Shown here: one piece after another, positions 49,383-63,230 of the stretch
Layout of the letters: the number at the start of each line of letters is the position of its first letter
How positions within the stretch are numbered: the stretch's first letter is position 1
Assembly: GCA_963575745.1 (NCBI GenBank)
Contig: CAUYUJ010000004.1
Span: forward strand, 62,001-126,000
DNA: 64,000 nt
From: Prorocentrum cordatum
Taxonomy: Eukaryota
Reading direction: 5' to 3'
Notes under the pieces: generated by a model
Seen by the model: the letters and a program-made list of their open reading frames with translations, nothing else
Databases searched by the model: none
What the model was told of the DNA's origin: nothing
Position numbers and translations under genes: made by a program

Positions 49383-52300
49383 ATCTGTTTTTCGGGTCCT
49401 CCCATGTGAACGGATGCCGCTAGTCCGCGGCCCGTCCTCGCTGTCTCGCAGCCACGCCACGGGGCGAGCTGTCGTCCGCTCGTGCTCCCATTGCTGGCGT
49501 TGCAGGCTGCCTTCCATATCTTGGTCTCGTCGAGCGCCGCTCCGAGCTTCCACGTCGCCTCGTCGAGCCACGCTCCGAGCTTCCATGCCCTCGTCGAGCC
49601 CGACGCCGAGCCGCCGCCGTCAAGTTCTGGCAGCGCGTTGCGTCAGGTCGCTGGCGCGCAACAGTCCGACTCGAACCGCAACTACGTTTCGCCCCGCCTG
49701 CTCGCCTCGCCACCATGGATCGCGGCGACAGCTCCAGCGGCAACGAGCGTTCGGCATCCCGCAGTCCGCCGTCATAACAAGCCTCTCGCCGCCGCCGCCA
49801 GAAAGCAGGACGTCGAAACCCAGCTGGACATCGCGACCGTTCCCATCGCCAAGCAGATCGCTCCCGCACCGACGCCGCCCGCGGGACATCTGCGCGTGAA
49901 GATATCGTCATGGCTGGCCGCTCTTATGGCCGCGCCGCCCCGCGCCCCTCTCGCGCGGCGCGATCGTCTGCTCGAGCCGCCTCCGCTCTGCTTGTCCATC
50001 GGGCGACGGGTTCCGACGCGATGTGCTCCAAGGGCAAGACCCATGGAAGCTGGCTGCCGACGTGGGAAATTTCCCCACCTCCCCATCGCAAGAGCTTGCG
50101 CAAGGAGCCGCCCGCTCCGCCGCGCATTCCCTCCATGACGAAGTGCGCCCTACTCCCGGCACCCCTGCGGGCGTGCAAGGGGCCGCTGCCCGCGGGGCGG
50201 CCCGCGCCGCGGCCGCCGCCCCACCAGTCCAGCGCAGTAAAGTTCAGCAACCTCTCGCAGGGCTTCTGCCAGAGTTCGACGCCGCGCTGCCGCGGCTCAT
50301 GCAGCAGCAGGCACAGCGCGCCGTCAGCACCTTCCAGGCGCAGGCCAACAACCTGCTCAACGAATTGCGGAACAGCTCCCGTCGGTGTTTCAAACTGATC
50401 GCCGACTGGACGCTCTTCGCGATGTCGTCGCTCGAGTTCGCCGTGGCCGGGGCCGCCAATCTTCGCGGCGGCGGCGTATGTGGGGGCAGATCGACCAGAT
50501 GCGCGACGCCCTTGCCCTCGTCGAGGCGCAGCTCCCGATCGCGGCCCTCGCCTGGCTTGCCGAGCGGGGCAGATACCCCGACCCGACGATCTTCGCCATC
50601 GGCTGCCACCGCTTCCTCCCGCCAGAGATTATCCTCCATGATTTGCAACAGTGGGTCGCCTCGGCCAACCTGTCCCCCGACGCCGTCGAACTCTGCGGAG
50701 ATGAACCCTTGCGCCGATTCGTACTGCAAGTCGAAGGTGATAAGGCCGTTGCTATTCCATGGGCCGTGGCCCTGTCTCGAGCGCTACGTGATGCGGCAGG
50801 TTAAATGAAAGCGATTCGAGTCCACGGGCGCCACTGGCGGCCGCGCCGCCATCTATCCTAACCCCGACAAGTCGCCCAGACAGATCCGCGCAAAAATCCA
50901 GCGCGAGAAACTTCTGCAGTTTCTTCAGCATCAATGCCCAGACCGACGACGGCGTGCCATTCGTGCGAAGGGAGATATCCACAGCAATGCCATGCCCGTC
51001 GCGCGCCTCGGCCTCAGGGGACAAGCCGACTCGGCCATCCTCGAGTGGAACGAGACAACGTTCGAGCTCCAGCAAGTCCAGAGCGCGTCGACCGCGGTGG
51101 CATTCTCGCTTCGTTCCACGCGCTTTTCGCAGACACCGAGTCGGCCGCGCGGCGTTCTTTGCCACCTGCGGGCCCCGTGGGCATCGACAGAGAGAAGCGA
51201 GCCAGTCGCGCTCGTCGCCTCGAACGCCCGCGCCGCCATGTGCCGCGAGCGGAAGCGCCGCAAGAAGCAGCGCATGGTTCTCTCCAAGCTCATGGGGCGC
51301 AGGTGCGTCATCTGGCTGCAGGAAACCCGCGGCGGCGAGGCACTCCTCCGCGCGTGGGTGGGCGCCCAACCGTGCCCGCGCAAGCTCTTTGTTTCGGGGT
51401 TCAAGAACCGCGGTGGCGACGCGTAGAGCGGCGCGGGAGTGTCGCGGCGCCTCTCCCACGGATCTCACGCGCACAGCTCGCGCGGCCCACGCCGCGGCAG
51501 CTCGTGATCTCAGAGCGCGAGGCCGTCGTGGAGGGCCTCGTTTTGACCGTCGCCACCGCCGGCGCCACCTCGCCCATCTCGTCATTATGAACGTGCGCAA
51601 CCGCGACATCAGCGCGGAGGGCCGCGGCGTGGCCCGCCGAGCTTGGCATCTGCGTCGCGCGTGGGCGGGGGCCGACTGCCGCCATCGCGCATTCTTGGCC
51701 ATGGGGCGACTTCAACGGGGCCAGCTGCCCGCCGAACAGCTCCTTCCAGCCGCCGCCGCAGCGCTCGCGCCTGGCGCTCGAGAGCAGCGCCCGCCAGCAG
51801 CAGCCGTCCTGGCAAGAGCTCTTCGACGCGATGCTCGAGATCGAGTCCGACCTCCCCGCCCGCTTCGACAAGTCCGATTGCGCCGCGCCCGCGACGGCGT
51901 TTTCACCAGCTTGCCGTCGCGCGCCGCGCAGGAGGTCACCGCGAATCTCACAATCGCCTTCGACCCTGAGGTTCTCTCCGACGAGCTCCTGAGTGATCGC
52001 GCCATCGTCGCCATCTCCGTTGGCATCGAGCCGACGGCGCCGCTGTTTGAGAAAGCCGTCGCACCCTCCATCTCCCGCGACCCCAGCTACACCGCGTACC
52101 TCCAGCAGCTGATCGACGCTGCCCAGACGAAGCATGTCCCGATAGTCCACTGCTGGCGCGCGCGCAAGCGCCTCTTGGCAGAAGCTGCTCGCCTCGTTCG
52201 CGACGACTGGGTGCGCCAGACCGCCGGCGCAGCGGGGTGCATTGGCTTCGCGGGCGGACGGGTGATCGCGGCTTGCTTGGCATCGCGAGCCATTCGGCGT

Positions 52301-53580
52301 CGAGACTTAACTGACGCGCAAGCTGCGCTCGCCGCCGAGATCGGCGCCGAGTACTTCGCCATCTCCGATCGCGCCATCACTTTGAACCACAGCTCCGCGT
52401 TCGCCGACCTGTCTGCGTCGCTGCGGCGCGGCTTCGAGGCTGGGCGGCGCTCTCTGGCTCTGCGGGCGGTTCAGCGCCCTCGGGGGCAGCCCGGTGCCTC
52501 GGCCCTGCATTGCTCCGCCGCATCCTTCGGCCCCCTCGGCGTCGGGCCCTCCTGCGGGCCCCGTGGAAGCGCCGTCTCGCCCGCCAGGGAATCAAGATCA
52601 GCGGCCCCCAGGGGCCTCCGGGGGCAGCGAGAGGGGGCGGCGCCATGGCGGACGCCCTGCGCGCGCGCTGGTAGCCCGTCTTCTCCGCCAAGGTGGTCGA
52701 TGTAGACTGCGTGAAGCACTCCCTCGAGTCCCGCGTGCTGCATGGGGCCACCATCGACGTCGGCGCGCCGAACACGTGCGGCAGTCGAGAATTCCTCCGC
52801 CGCGCCGCGCCATCCGCCCCTGGCCCAGATCGACTGCCCTGATTGGCCTGGCTGGCGCGCGCTGACTCGCTCGACATCTTGGAGGTCCTTCCCTTCGACC
52901 TCTGCTCCAACGGGCCGTCCATCAGCGACCTCGACGACTCCGACTTCGCTTTCCTGCCCAGGGGCGACAACTTTGGCGGGGCAGCCCACAACATAACGCG
53001 AGCCTGAGGACACCGGGCCACTCGCTCAAGAGCACAGTCGTCGAAGCCATCGCAGGCGCCGCCAACTCCCCCATCGAAAACCAGGTGTCCGACCGCGCGC
53101 ATCTCGCGCAGCTGGGCTTCGTCGTCGGCCGCAGTTTCACCGGGCACATCGCGCGCCTAGATGAGATGCGTCGGGCGGGGGCCGCGCCAGACGCAGATCG
53201 CCGCTTCCCCGTCTTCGCGAGCTTCGACTTCGCGGCGGCTCTCCCATCGCTTGGGCTGGTCTGGATGTTCGCGTCCCTCGAGCGCTTCGGCGCCCCCGTC
53301 GGCCTCGTTGACCTCTTCCAGCAGATGTGCTACGCGCCGCGCAGCTATGTCAAGGTGGGCGGAGTGTACCACTCCACGTTCGCGATCGAGTGTGGCGCAG
53401 CACAGGGCTACCCTGCCAGCGGATCGGCATGGGCGTTCGCGATCGTGGAGAACGCAGACGGCACGCCGAACTACAACTAAGGCTGCGTCGGCGGCTGCGG
53501 GGGCGACGCTGGCTTGCTCGCACGAGTTCAACGCCCTTCGCGAGGCGTTTGGGCCGTTCTCTTCCGCCCAAGAGCATGCG

Positions 53581-53745
<165 letters not shown>

Positions 53746-56254
53746 CCTCGCAAGTGCGTGGCGGTGCCGCTCTGGGCCGCCGCGACCCCGGCTGTCATTG
53801 CCCAGGCGAGATCTCTCCTGTCCGCGTTCTGTCCTTTCTGGTGCGTTGTCTCGGTCGCGGGGCGAGCCAAGTACCTCGGGGCCTTCCTTGGGCCCAACGC
53901 CCCCCTCGCTTGTCAATGGCTCGCCCCAGGGCAAGAGCGGTGGCAGCGGGGGAATCTCCTGCAGCTTGCGCAGAGCGGCGGCGACGCCAGCTTCAGACTT
54001 TGCAATGCGTCGACTCTATCCGCGCTCCGTTATGTCGCCCAGTTTTTCCAGTTCGAAGCCAGAATCACTCGTCGCGAACTTTATATATTGCACGAGGTGC
54101 TTAACCTGCCGCCGGATAGTCGCGATGGAGGAGTGGGGCCCGCCTCCTGTTATCCGCTCCGCTCAAATCACCACTGCAGCCGCCGCCGTGCGTTTTGTTT
54201 CGCACGCGCCCCGCGGAGATTGGGGGCCTTTTCGCGACTGTCTTCGTGGCGCCGGGTGGGAGGAGAGCACGGCGCATTTTTCCATCGGTGGGAAGCGGGG
54301 CTCTGGTCCCCGCCCTTCTGGGAAGAGGCTCGGGCCATCGCGCAGTTCTACCGTGCCCTGTCGCGAGGCCAGAGCATCTCGCCTTTTCTCTGTTGCATCC
54401 GTGGCCGCGGCAAACCAGGCTGCTGCCCGCGAAATTCGCGATGCGCCCGCTGCTGGTCCGCCGCGCCGACCCAAGGTGCAGCGAATCATCGCCCAGTCTC
54501 TCTGCAAGGCCGCGTTCCCGTCGCCGTTCACAGTCGCGCTCCGCAAGCGCATCGAAACTTGGGGCATCCGCGAGTAACTGCCGCCTGCAGAGCTCTCTAG
54601 CCGCTGGTCCGCTCTCAGCTCAGCTCTCGGCGAAGTCCGGCCCAGCTGGCGCTGGGCAGCATTCAAGACTCTCGCAGGTGGGTGGGCAACAACGCGCCGC
54701 ATGCACGTGCTCGCGCATGCACGGGCGCGCCAGATTCATTTCCCCAGTGCCTCTCCTGCCCGGTCCTTGTGAGCCTCCTCTGGTCCCCCGACTCGCCTCC
54801 GCTCCTCAGCACGCTGCGTCTACGTGGGCCATGGGCCCTGCAGTTGCCTACCCGTCTGACCCTGCCAGCGACTTGTCGCTGCGGCGGGCGATCCAGCGTG
54901 TGGCGTTCGCCTCCCACATTTGCAGCACAATGAAGCAAACCGCAGCGCCGACGCCAGACGCAAGCGCGCCCGCGCTCAGCGCAGCCCGTGCCCAATTGTG
55001 GCGGGGGAGCGCCTGTCTTCCAGCGCGGCAACCACGGTGCGTCTGTAGCGTCGGTGCGCGGCCGAGCTAAGATTGGCGAGTTCGCTTCAAGCCACTCGCA
55101 CTCCTCCCCCTCCTTCTCCTCCTCCTCCTCCTCCTCCTCGTCCTCCACCTCGTCGTCCTCCTCTTCCTCCTCCTCCTCCTCCTCCTCCTCCTCCTCCTCT
55201 TCGTCATCCTCCCCCCCTGGATGTGCCGCATGAAGGCGGCGCAGAGAAGGGAACGCGGGGCCAAGGGATGGGGTGGGGGGGGGTCGTCGCCAGCGCGGGC
55301 GCGGCGGCGCCCCAGGACGGCGAGCGCGCCAAGCACCCGGAGCAGCTCGAGGACCGGCGGCGAGCTTCGGGGGCGCCTTCCGCTTCCTTCCCTCCTTTTC
55401 TTTCTCCTTCTCCTCCCTCCTCCTCCTCCTTGTCCCTTCCTCCATCCTCCTCTGTAACTCCTACTTTATCCTTCCTCCTTCCTCCTTCCCCCTCACGAGT
55501 CAGACGCCGCGCTGTTTCGCGGAGGCGAGGCTCCGCATCACCGCTGCCGTGACCATGACGGGCAACACGAGGACCGTCTGCGCGACCTGTTCCGCAGCGC
55601 ACGCCGCGTCATCGGCGAAGTGCGACACGAGCACGGACCCGAGGACGATCAGCGCCAGCGGCATCGCCTGCTCCGCCGCGTCCTCGTGCGCGACTTCGGC
55701 GCCACGGGGAAGCTCGAGGGCCTCCTTTCCCAAGTCGCCCAGCTCCGTGCTTGGATCCGTGCCGTCGTCGCCGAAGGCCTCCTGCTCGGCGAGGCGCTCG
55801 GCCCCCCCAGGAGGATCTGCACCGTCGCCAAGGTCGGCGGCCCGCACCGCCACGATGGGCGTCCTCTCCACGACGACCCGCACCTCCACGAAGATCCACG
55901 GCGGGCAGCCCCATTAGCTCCACTGCGCTCCCGTCCTCGGTGCGGCTCCCCGCCTCGGCTACCAGGAACGGCACGGCCGAGCTGCAGAGCGCCGAGCGCG
56001 GCGTGCCGCCCGAGCCGCCGACGGCGGCGGCCGCGATCGCGGCGGCGGCGGCCCGCGCCCCCAGGGCGGCGGCCGAAGGCCGCGCCGCCCGCATGGCCTC
56101 CCCCTCGGCCGTCAGCTCGCTGCAGCGCCGCCGCACTCCGTGCCTCGCGCAGAGTCGCCGGCGGCAGCGCCTCGGATGCGTGGCGGGCTGCCCGCCGACG
56201 CCTCTGCCTGTCGGCGCTGGGGCCGACGGGGTCCATCTCTGCAGCGGCCGCGCC

Positions 56255-56734
56255 ATGACGATGACACTGATGATGCTGATGCTGATGATGCTGATGCTGA
56301 TGATGCTGATGATGACACTGATGATTGTGGTGCTGCTGCTGATGGTGATGGTGATTCTGCTGCTGATGATGACGACGATGATGCCGATGATGATGGTGAT
56401 GATGCTGGTGATTGTGATGATGATTAGGAGGATGAGGATGAGGATGAGGATGATGATGAGTATGGTGAAGGAGGAGGAGGGTGACGAGGATGATGATGCT
56501 GCTGATGATGATGCTGATGATGACGACGCTGATGACGACGAAGATGATGATTATGATGCTTATGATTATTATTATGCTGCTGCTGAGGATGATGGCGATC
56601 GTGATGCTGACGAGGGTGATGGTGGTGGTTGTCATGATCATGGCCATGATCATGATCACGATGATCATGATGAGCATGACGACGACTACGATGACGGTGA
56701 CGGTGACGATGAATGATGGTGACGAGGATGATGC

Positions 56735-56787
<53 letters not shown>

Positions 56788-56807
56788 TCGATAACGGTGA
56801 AGATGAT

Positions 56808-56876
<69 letters not shown>

Positions 56877-57469
56877 CTGATGATGATGCTGACGCTAATG
56901 CTGATGATGAGGATGAGGATGAGGATGATGATGGTGACGACGTCACTGTTGGCGTAATAATGATGGCGGCGACGACGATGACTCTGATGATGATGAGGAT
57001 GATGGTGCTGGTGGTGATGGTGATGGTGATGGTGATGCTGATGAGGATCATGTTGCTGCCGCTGATGATGATCACGATAATGAGGATGAGGAGGACGACT
57101 CGCCATCCCCGCCCCCGACGAGGAGCAGCGCTCGCGCCTGCTGGCCCTGCTGGAGCGCGAGCGCGCGCTCCTGCCGGGCCCGCCTCCCAGACGCCTCGCG
57201 CTTCCTCGTCGTCGTCGTCGTTGTCGTCGTCCCCATCCTCCTTGCTCTGATCCCCTCCCAGTCGAATAAACAAAAGACTCTTCCTTTCCCTCATTCCCTT
57301 CCTCCTCCTCCTCCTCCTCCTCCTCCTCCTCCTCCTCCTCCTCCTCCTCCTCCTCCTCCTCTCTCCATCCCTTCCTCCCCCCTCCTCCCCATCCTCCCCC
57401 TCCTGCTCCGTCTCCTCCACCTCCTCCCTTCTACGACATCCCGCTCCTCCTCCTCCTCCTCCTCCTTCC
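56255..57469. repeat. (GAT)n compound microsatellite, then (CCT)n
   Basis: gatgatgat 56255-57095; cctcctcct ~57300-57469. Confidence 0.95.
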
Positions 57470-57484
57470 CCATTTTGGCTCAAG
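57470..57484 (+). other. Spliced-leader relic (3' 15 nt)
   Basis: Exact CCATTTTGGCTCAAG. Confidence 0.88.
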
Positions 57485-57658
57485 GGCGCAACGTGGTTTG
57501 CAGTGCTCTCTGGGGCGTGAGCCATGCCGCACTCCGTTTCTAAGGCGGGCCGCGATGTCGCCCGATTACGGTTGATCCCGCAGCTCCCACGAGACTGATC
57601 ACAAGAGGGAGAAGAAAGAGAGAGGAACGATAAGAAGGACAAGACGAGTAAGGATGAT

Positions 57659-58535
57659 GTGAGGGATGGCGATCAGATCATCAACACACTCCACAGCTCC
57701 CTCGGCAGGAATATCGACAATGAGACGGAGGACGTGTGCTCCATGAGGAAAGAGCCCATGGAGCTCAACGAGAAGACCGTCAGGGAGTTCAAGGTGGGGA
57801 AGACGGAGATTTCCGAAATACGGGAGCGCCAGAGGAAGGATGGCGACCGCGTCAGCAAGTTGGAGTCTGAGTCTGAGGCCTTCTGCAAAAGCGGCAGTGC
57901 AGGGGAGGGAGGACTAAAGGATGGTGAAAGTAAGCCGTATTTGAGCGATCGCCATTTGCTTCCCTTGGGCCAGAGGCGGGTCGTCTTTGTAGGTGGCTTC
58001 GACGAGGACGTAGACAGCCAGGACCTCAAGAACGTCATCCGGGACCAGGTGAAGGACTTCTCCGGGGTCGAAGAAATTGTTTCGATCGGGAGCCCGTCCA
58101 AAAAAGGTAACATCATATTTCAAGATGACATGTGGGGATTCCTGAAAGGGATGAAGAGGAGGAAACTGACGTTTAAGTGGAGGAGCCTTTTCCGCACCAT
58201 CGACACATTTCAGCGACGAACAAGTGTTAAGTCGCAAGGTTTTCGGACTCTTGAAGGCCTTCACAGAGGTCGCACCGCTGGGCCTCACCGAGACGAGCTG
58301 CTGGCAGAGTATCAAGCACAATGACGTGAACGACATGACGTGGATGCGAACGGACGTCGACGGTACTACCAAGAACGTCCAGATCGTCAAGCGGAAGCCG
58401 GGCACCTTGGACTGTGAGATCGGACCGACTATCACCACCCTCCTTCACAAGTTCGAGGGGTTCGACCTGGCCTCGAAATTATTGGAGGTCAATGCAGTGG
58501 CTCCCAGGGGATGGAACGAGGAGGAGTCCATGTGA
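57659..58535 (+). pseudogene. LINE ORF1-like protein (coiled-coil-like segment plus RRM-like segment), frameshifted
   Basis: Charged heptad-like region, then RVVFVGGFDEDVDSQDLKNVI..GVEEIV..KGNIIF; continues in 58224-58535. Confidence 0.6.
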
Positions 58536-61500
58536 TGGGTAGAGGTGGGTGCACGGAGTGGCGGGTAAGGTGATAGCATGGTGGGCCCAAGCGCATTTTG
58601 GGTCATTCAGCCTGGTGCTCAAGAGAATGTTCAGTGGTTCCGGGGAGTAAGCTAGAACGTCGTGGGCTTGGTCATCAGGGAGTGGATCCAGTTTTTGCTT
58701 TGTTATTTCGGGTGTGGTCCAACGGCGCGTCCTCCTCCTCCTACTGCGAGAATTCAGCATGTACACTGGCACCCTCAAACAGCTTACTGATGACGGGCAC
58801 TGGGACCGCAATCCAGTACATGGTCAAGAACTCGTTCGTGCACGTCGGGAGGGCGGTCTCGATTTATTTCAATATCCCCATATGTACATAAGATGCAGAT
58901 GGTTCGATTTTACCCACCTTCGGACATTGTGCCCATACAAGGCCAGGAGAAAATATGTCACATTATGTTTGGGAGTACCTTCAGGCTGATGTCTTGTGAT
59001 TGGTGCAGATGTTCAGGTCATTTATTCCAGAATTTGGCTGGACTTCTCACCGAACACCCGGCAAGGCGGAAGGGCAAAACACTTCTTGAGTCCATGCTGG
59101 AGCACGATGTTGCAGCCTTCAAAATGTTTAGCCAGAATCACGATGATGGAGCGTTTACTTGCCATTTGAACTTTGAATCGGAGGCTCGACAAACTGATTT
59201 CCGTCGTGCACCGAGAGCTTTGAAAACTAAAGGCTTCTGCAAACCTACGGCGTTTGACGACGAACGCCGCAGGGCCGCCTCCAGAACCCACTGGATGCAG
59301 ACTGGAGGGCTTCAGCTGTGCATGTAATTTCCGGGGCCATCTCGACCTCGCCGGCAGAGACGGCACGCGCGATACTTGAGCCAGTCGTTCGAGGAGTCCG
59401 CGTTGCAGATCTTCGCAGATGCGCATTGCAGGTGCCGTAAAAGACGTCCAATAGTTGCCTCCTGGAGCTGCGTCGCCAACGGCAGTCGGGGCGAAGGTGG
59501 GGATGGCGGGACAGCTCTTGCGGCGGCAGGCTCTGTAGCTGTCGCGCCCGACAGTGCCATGCATGTCGGGGCGAAGCGAGCCGTGATCGAGGCGCGTTCT
59601 TTGTCGTTGTCGACTCGCGACCCCCGAAAAACACCGATCGTGGCAGGGCGTCGACAAAATCGGCTTCATGGTGGACACGATGTACGTCGTTGGCATTCCT
59701 TCTGGAAGATTCTATCCAAAAGAGAGTATCGAGCCATGTACTCTAAGTGTACGTTCATAGACTCGTCTCAAAATTCTTCGATGTGAAAGCGCGTGAGGCG
59801 ACGTCGCATGGGCATCGCTGGCAGCGACGAGGCCGACGCCATAGCGGAGAACGCGGGACGACCCAATGCGGCCGACTCGCGGCAGCAAAGACCGTGCGTC
59901 TTGCAGGGTTGGGGGGGCGCGGAGTTCCTCGTGAAGCTCGGGGGATGGCGCGACGACGGCGCAGTCGACGTCTCGATTCGGGCGGCGCCCGATGACGCCG
60001 ACGCCGCCCTGAGCGAGCTGCGGGCGGTTGACCGCGAGCAGGAGGTACCTACTTTGTCCCCGCTTGCGCGTGGGATTTCGCCCGAGACAGCCGAGCGCGG
60101 CCGCGGCCCTCGCAGAGACTGGCGCGACGACGCCAGCATGGGAAGAGAGAAGGCTGAATTTGATAGCATGCGGCGCGCCGTCTGGATGGAGATGGACCCA
60201 CTTGCTCGAGCCTTAGCCTTCGCACCAGTCCGCCAAACAGCGGCGCAGATCGGCCAGATTCAGGCTCGACGCAGGGCCGGGCGAGGCCATCGTGCCCGCT
60301 CCCCCACGAAGCCGTTCAAAAAGGCTGCAGCCACATTCTTCGACGACGGGGGGGCCGACGATGCTGCAGTGGGCCTGGTGGGCAAATGTCGAATGCTCAC
60401 CTCTCAGTTCAGACATTGGCGCAACGGCGAAAGATTCCCTCGAGAATTTGCCGGAGTGGGTCTTCAAGGTCTGGCGCGCAAGATTCAGGAACTCAGCGAC
60501 GATTTGGCGCAGACTTGCCGGTTCGCCCGCAACCGCAAAGACATGATAACAATCGGTATGGTTGCCAGCTTGGACGAGGATATTTTGGATGCGTTGGCAC
60601 GGGCAATCAAATCATGGCTTCGCAACTAATCGTCGGAGGACACTGAGGAAGCGTGAGAATTGGTTACTGCGCAGCGCATTTCACAGAAAGTAGACCCCGC
60701 GCACCCTTCGTAGCTGAGACCGTTAATTACCCTGCCCCGACGAAGCTGCACGCGGTATGTCTCATGGAGCTTGGGAGAAACGTGCTCGACAACCTGAATC
60801 AGGATCAGGTTGCCTCCTGGCCTAAATTTCAGGCGTTGGGCGTCATTTTTCCATTGATGAGCTCGATTGACACATCTATCGACTTGAATGCTGTTTTGCT
60901 GCCCATTTTCGTGCTACGAGGCGACATTTTCAAGGCGCGCGACGCAGTCGGCCACTGCGTCGGTGTCCAGAGGTTCGTGGAGAAAGAAATGCAGAAGATC
61001 ACCGCGGCGGCGATCTTTCTCAATATCCGCATATTAAAACCACGGATCGCGGCGAGCGACGGGCGCGGCGGCAAGTTGTCTCGGACGCGCTCTTTGCATC
61101 TCGGTGGCCCCGATGCCCCGAAGGTTTCCAACCCGAGATTCGATTCTGACTTTGCGGTTCAACTAGCTCTGTGCCGCGAAACAAGTGAGGCGCGGCTATT
61201 TCGGACCAGCGTTGCGGTGCATTGTGCCTCGCCGTCAACCTTTGCCTGTTCGGTACTTCCTGCGTCCTGCGACATGTTGGAAAGTATAGACCCGCATTTT
61301 TTCAATGTCCTCAAACGAGCTGGGTGGACAGCGCCGGTCCCCGCATGCACGTGGTGCACGACAGACGCGGAGAATAGTCTTGCGTAAATTACCATCGGCA
61401 GCCAGGTTGCGCGCGAGTTGGGAGGAATGTGCGCGTCTCCGTGTTTCGCATCGTTCTGGCAATCGACGGCGCGTTTGCCGAGGAGGTCGACCACCGTGCA

Positions 61501-62164
61501 ACAAACATTTTGGGTGTTTGGCTAAATGTCGCAATACATTGACTCACAAGCGGAGTGTTCTCTGAGACGGAAGTTGAAACTCTTGGACATGACTGTGAAG
61601 CCGACTTTGCTCTGGGGCGCGGGTGCGAATCTGCCCGTGCGCTACGAGCGACGTCTTTCAGGAGCGCAGCGGCGCATGGTCAGGGCCATTCTCGGGGTCG
61701 AGAAGTTCCCAGGTGAGTGGGTAGATGCTTACTGCGAGCGTCGTGAACCCGTGGTCGAGCGGGCAATTTTATAGTACATTTTGGAGCCTTGGACCCAACT
61801 TTGGCGCCATACGCATTACGAGTGGGCTGGCAAGATCGTCAGACAGGGGGGCGCCGACCCTGCCAGAATTACGTCGCACAAATTATAGTGGCAGTCGATA
61901 CGTCACCTCCGAGAATTTGCGGCGAATGGTTCTTTGTGGCAAGGGCACTTGGCAAGGATTCGCGCAAGCCGATGGGAGGCGAACCATTTTTTTGTTCTTT
62001 CAACCGGCGCGGAATGCTATGGACAGACGTGGCTTCCATTCTCGAGTCCTACCACACGTGCCCCGAACATTTCTGGACATGGAGAGCCCGAGCGGTCTCT
62101 GAGCGGGGGGTCGGGCGGGCGGCGTGTCTCTCGCGGACAACCAACGCCGCTGCGCCGTAAAAGC

Positions 62165-62774
62165 CTTCTTCCCCTCTTTCTCCTACCCCCCTCCTTCTCC
62201 TCACCCCCCATCCTCCTCCGCATCCCCCTTTTCATTATCCCCCCTCCCCGTCCTGCTCCTCCTTTTCCTCTTCCTTTCTCCCCCTGTTCCTTCACTTTCG
62301 CCTCTTCCTCCCCCTCCCCCCTCCCTCCCTGTCTTCTCTTCCCTGCCGCGCCCCCCTCCTCTCTTTCTCGTGCTGCGTGCAGTCATTGTGCGAGACCCGT
62401 TGGGTCGGTGCTCTCTATCTCCTCCTCCTCCTCCTCCCCCTCCTCCTCGATCCTCTTTCTCTTCTTCGATCCTCCTCCTCCTCCTCCTCTGGGAAGGGGG
62501 CGGGCGGGGAGGATGATGGCGATGAGGATGGAGGAGGATGAAGACATGGAAGGGGCGGGGTCATGGCGGTGTTCGGTAAAGTCGCGGCGGGATCATGGCG
62601 AGGTCTTGGTGGGGTCCTGCCTGCTCCCGAGGCGGGGACCCACGGCGCCTCGTGATCGGGGGCCTGTCGCAGGGCGTGGCCCTCGCCGTCGACGTGGCGC
62701 TGCGGGCGCCCTTCACTGTGGGCGGGCGGGGCCGGCAGGATGTCGTCGTCGTCGGCGTCGCCGTCGTCGTCGCT

Positions 62775-62836
<62 letters not shown>

Positions 62837-63230
62837 GGTCGTCGTCGTCATTGCTTCGTCGTCGTGGTCGTCGTCGTCGTCGCTACGTTGTCGTCGTTGC
62901 GTCGTCGTCGTCGCCGTCGCCGTCGCTGCGTCGTCATCAACGTCGTTGCTGGGGAAGGAGGAGGATGAGGAGGAGAAAGAGGAGGAGGAGGAGGAGGAGG
63001 AGGAGGAGGAGGAGGAGGAGGAAGAGCAGGAGGAGGAGAAGGAGGAGGAGGAGGAGGATAAGGAAGAATTCGTCGCCGTCGTCGTCATCGTCGTCGTCGC
63101 CGGCGTGGTCGTCGTCATCGTCGTCGATGCTTCGTGAGGAGGAAAATGAGGAGGAGGTCGTCGTTGTCTTCGTCGTCGGGTCGCGGCATTGTCGTCGTGA
63201 TTTTCGTCGTTGTCATCGTCGTCGTCGTTA
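62165..63230. repeat. CCT-rich, (GTC)n and (GAG)n microsatellites
   Basis: Directly visible. Confidence 0.92.

Larger units (their letters stand above)
57470..62160 (+). mobile_element. Second degenerate LINE (ORF1, endonuclease, RT remnants, RTE-like C-terminus)
   Basis: ORF1 57659-58535; endonuclease-like LLLREFS, IGADVQ, GKTLLE, RQTDF; VGFRP; LKRAGW; KLKLLDMTVKPTLLWGA, QRRMVRAILG, WAGKIVR. RT core motifs are poorly preserved. Confidence 0.7.

Noticed and set aside
60653..61387. 244-aa ORF as an independent gene
   Set aside because: Its end carries LINE RT-like sequence (LKRAGW); the rest is unassignable and may be an insertion or inversion inside the LINE.
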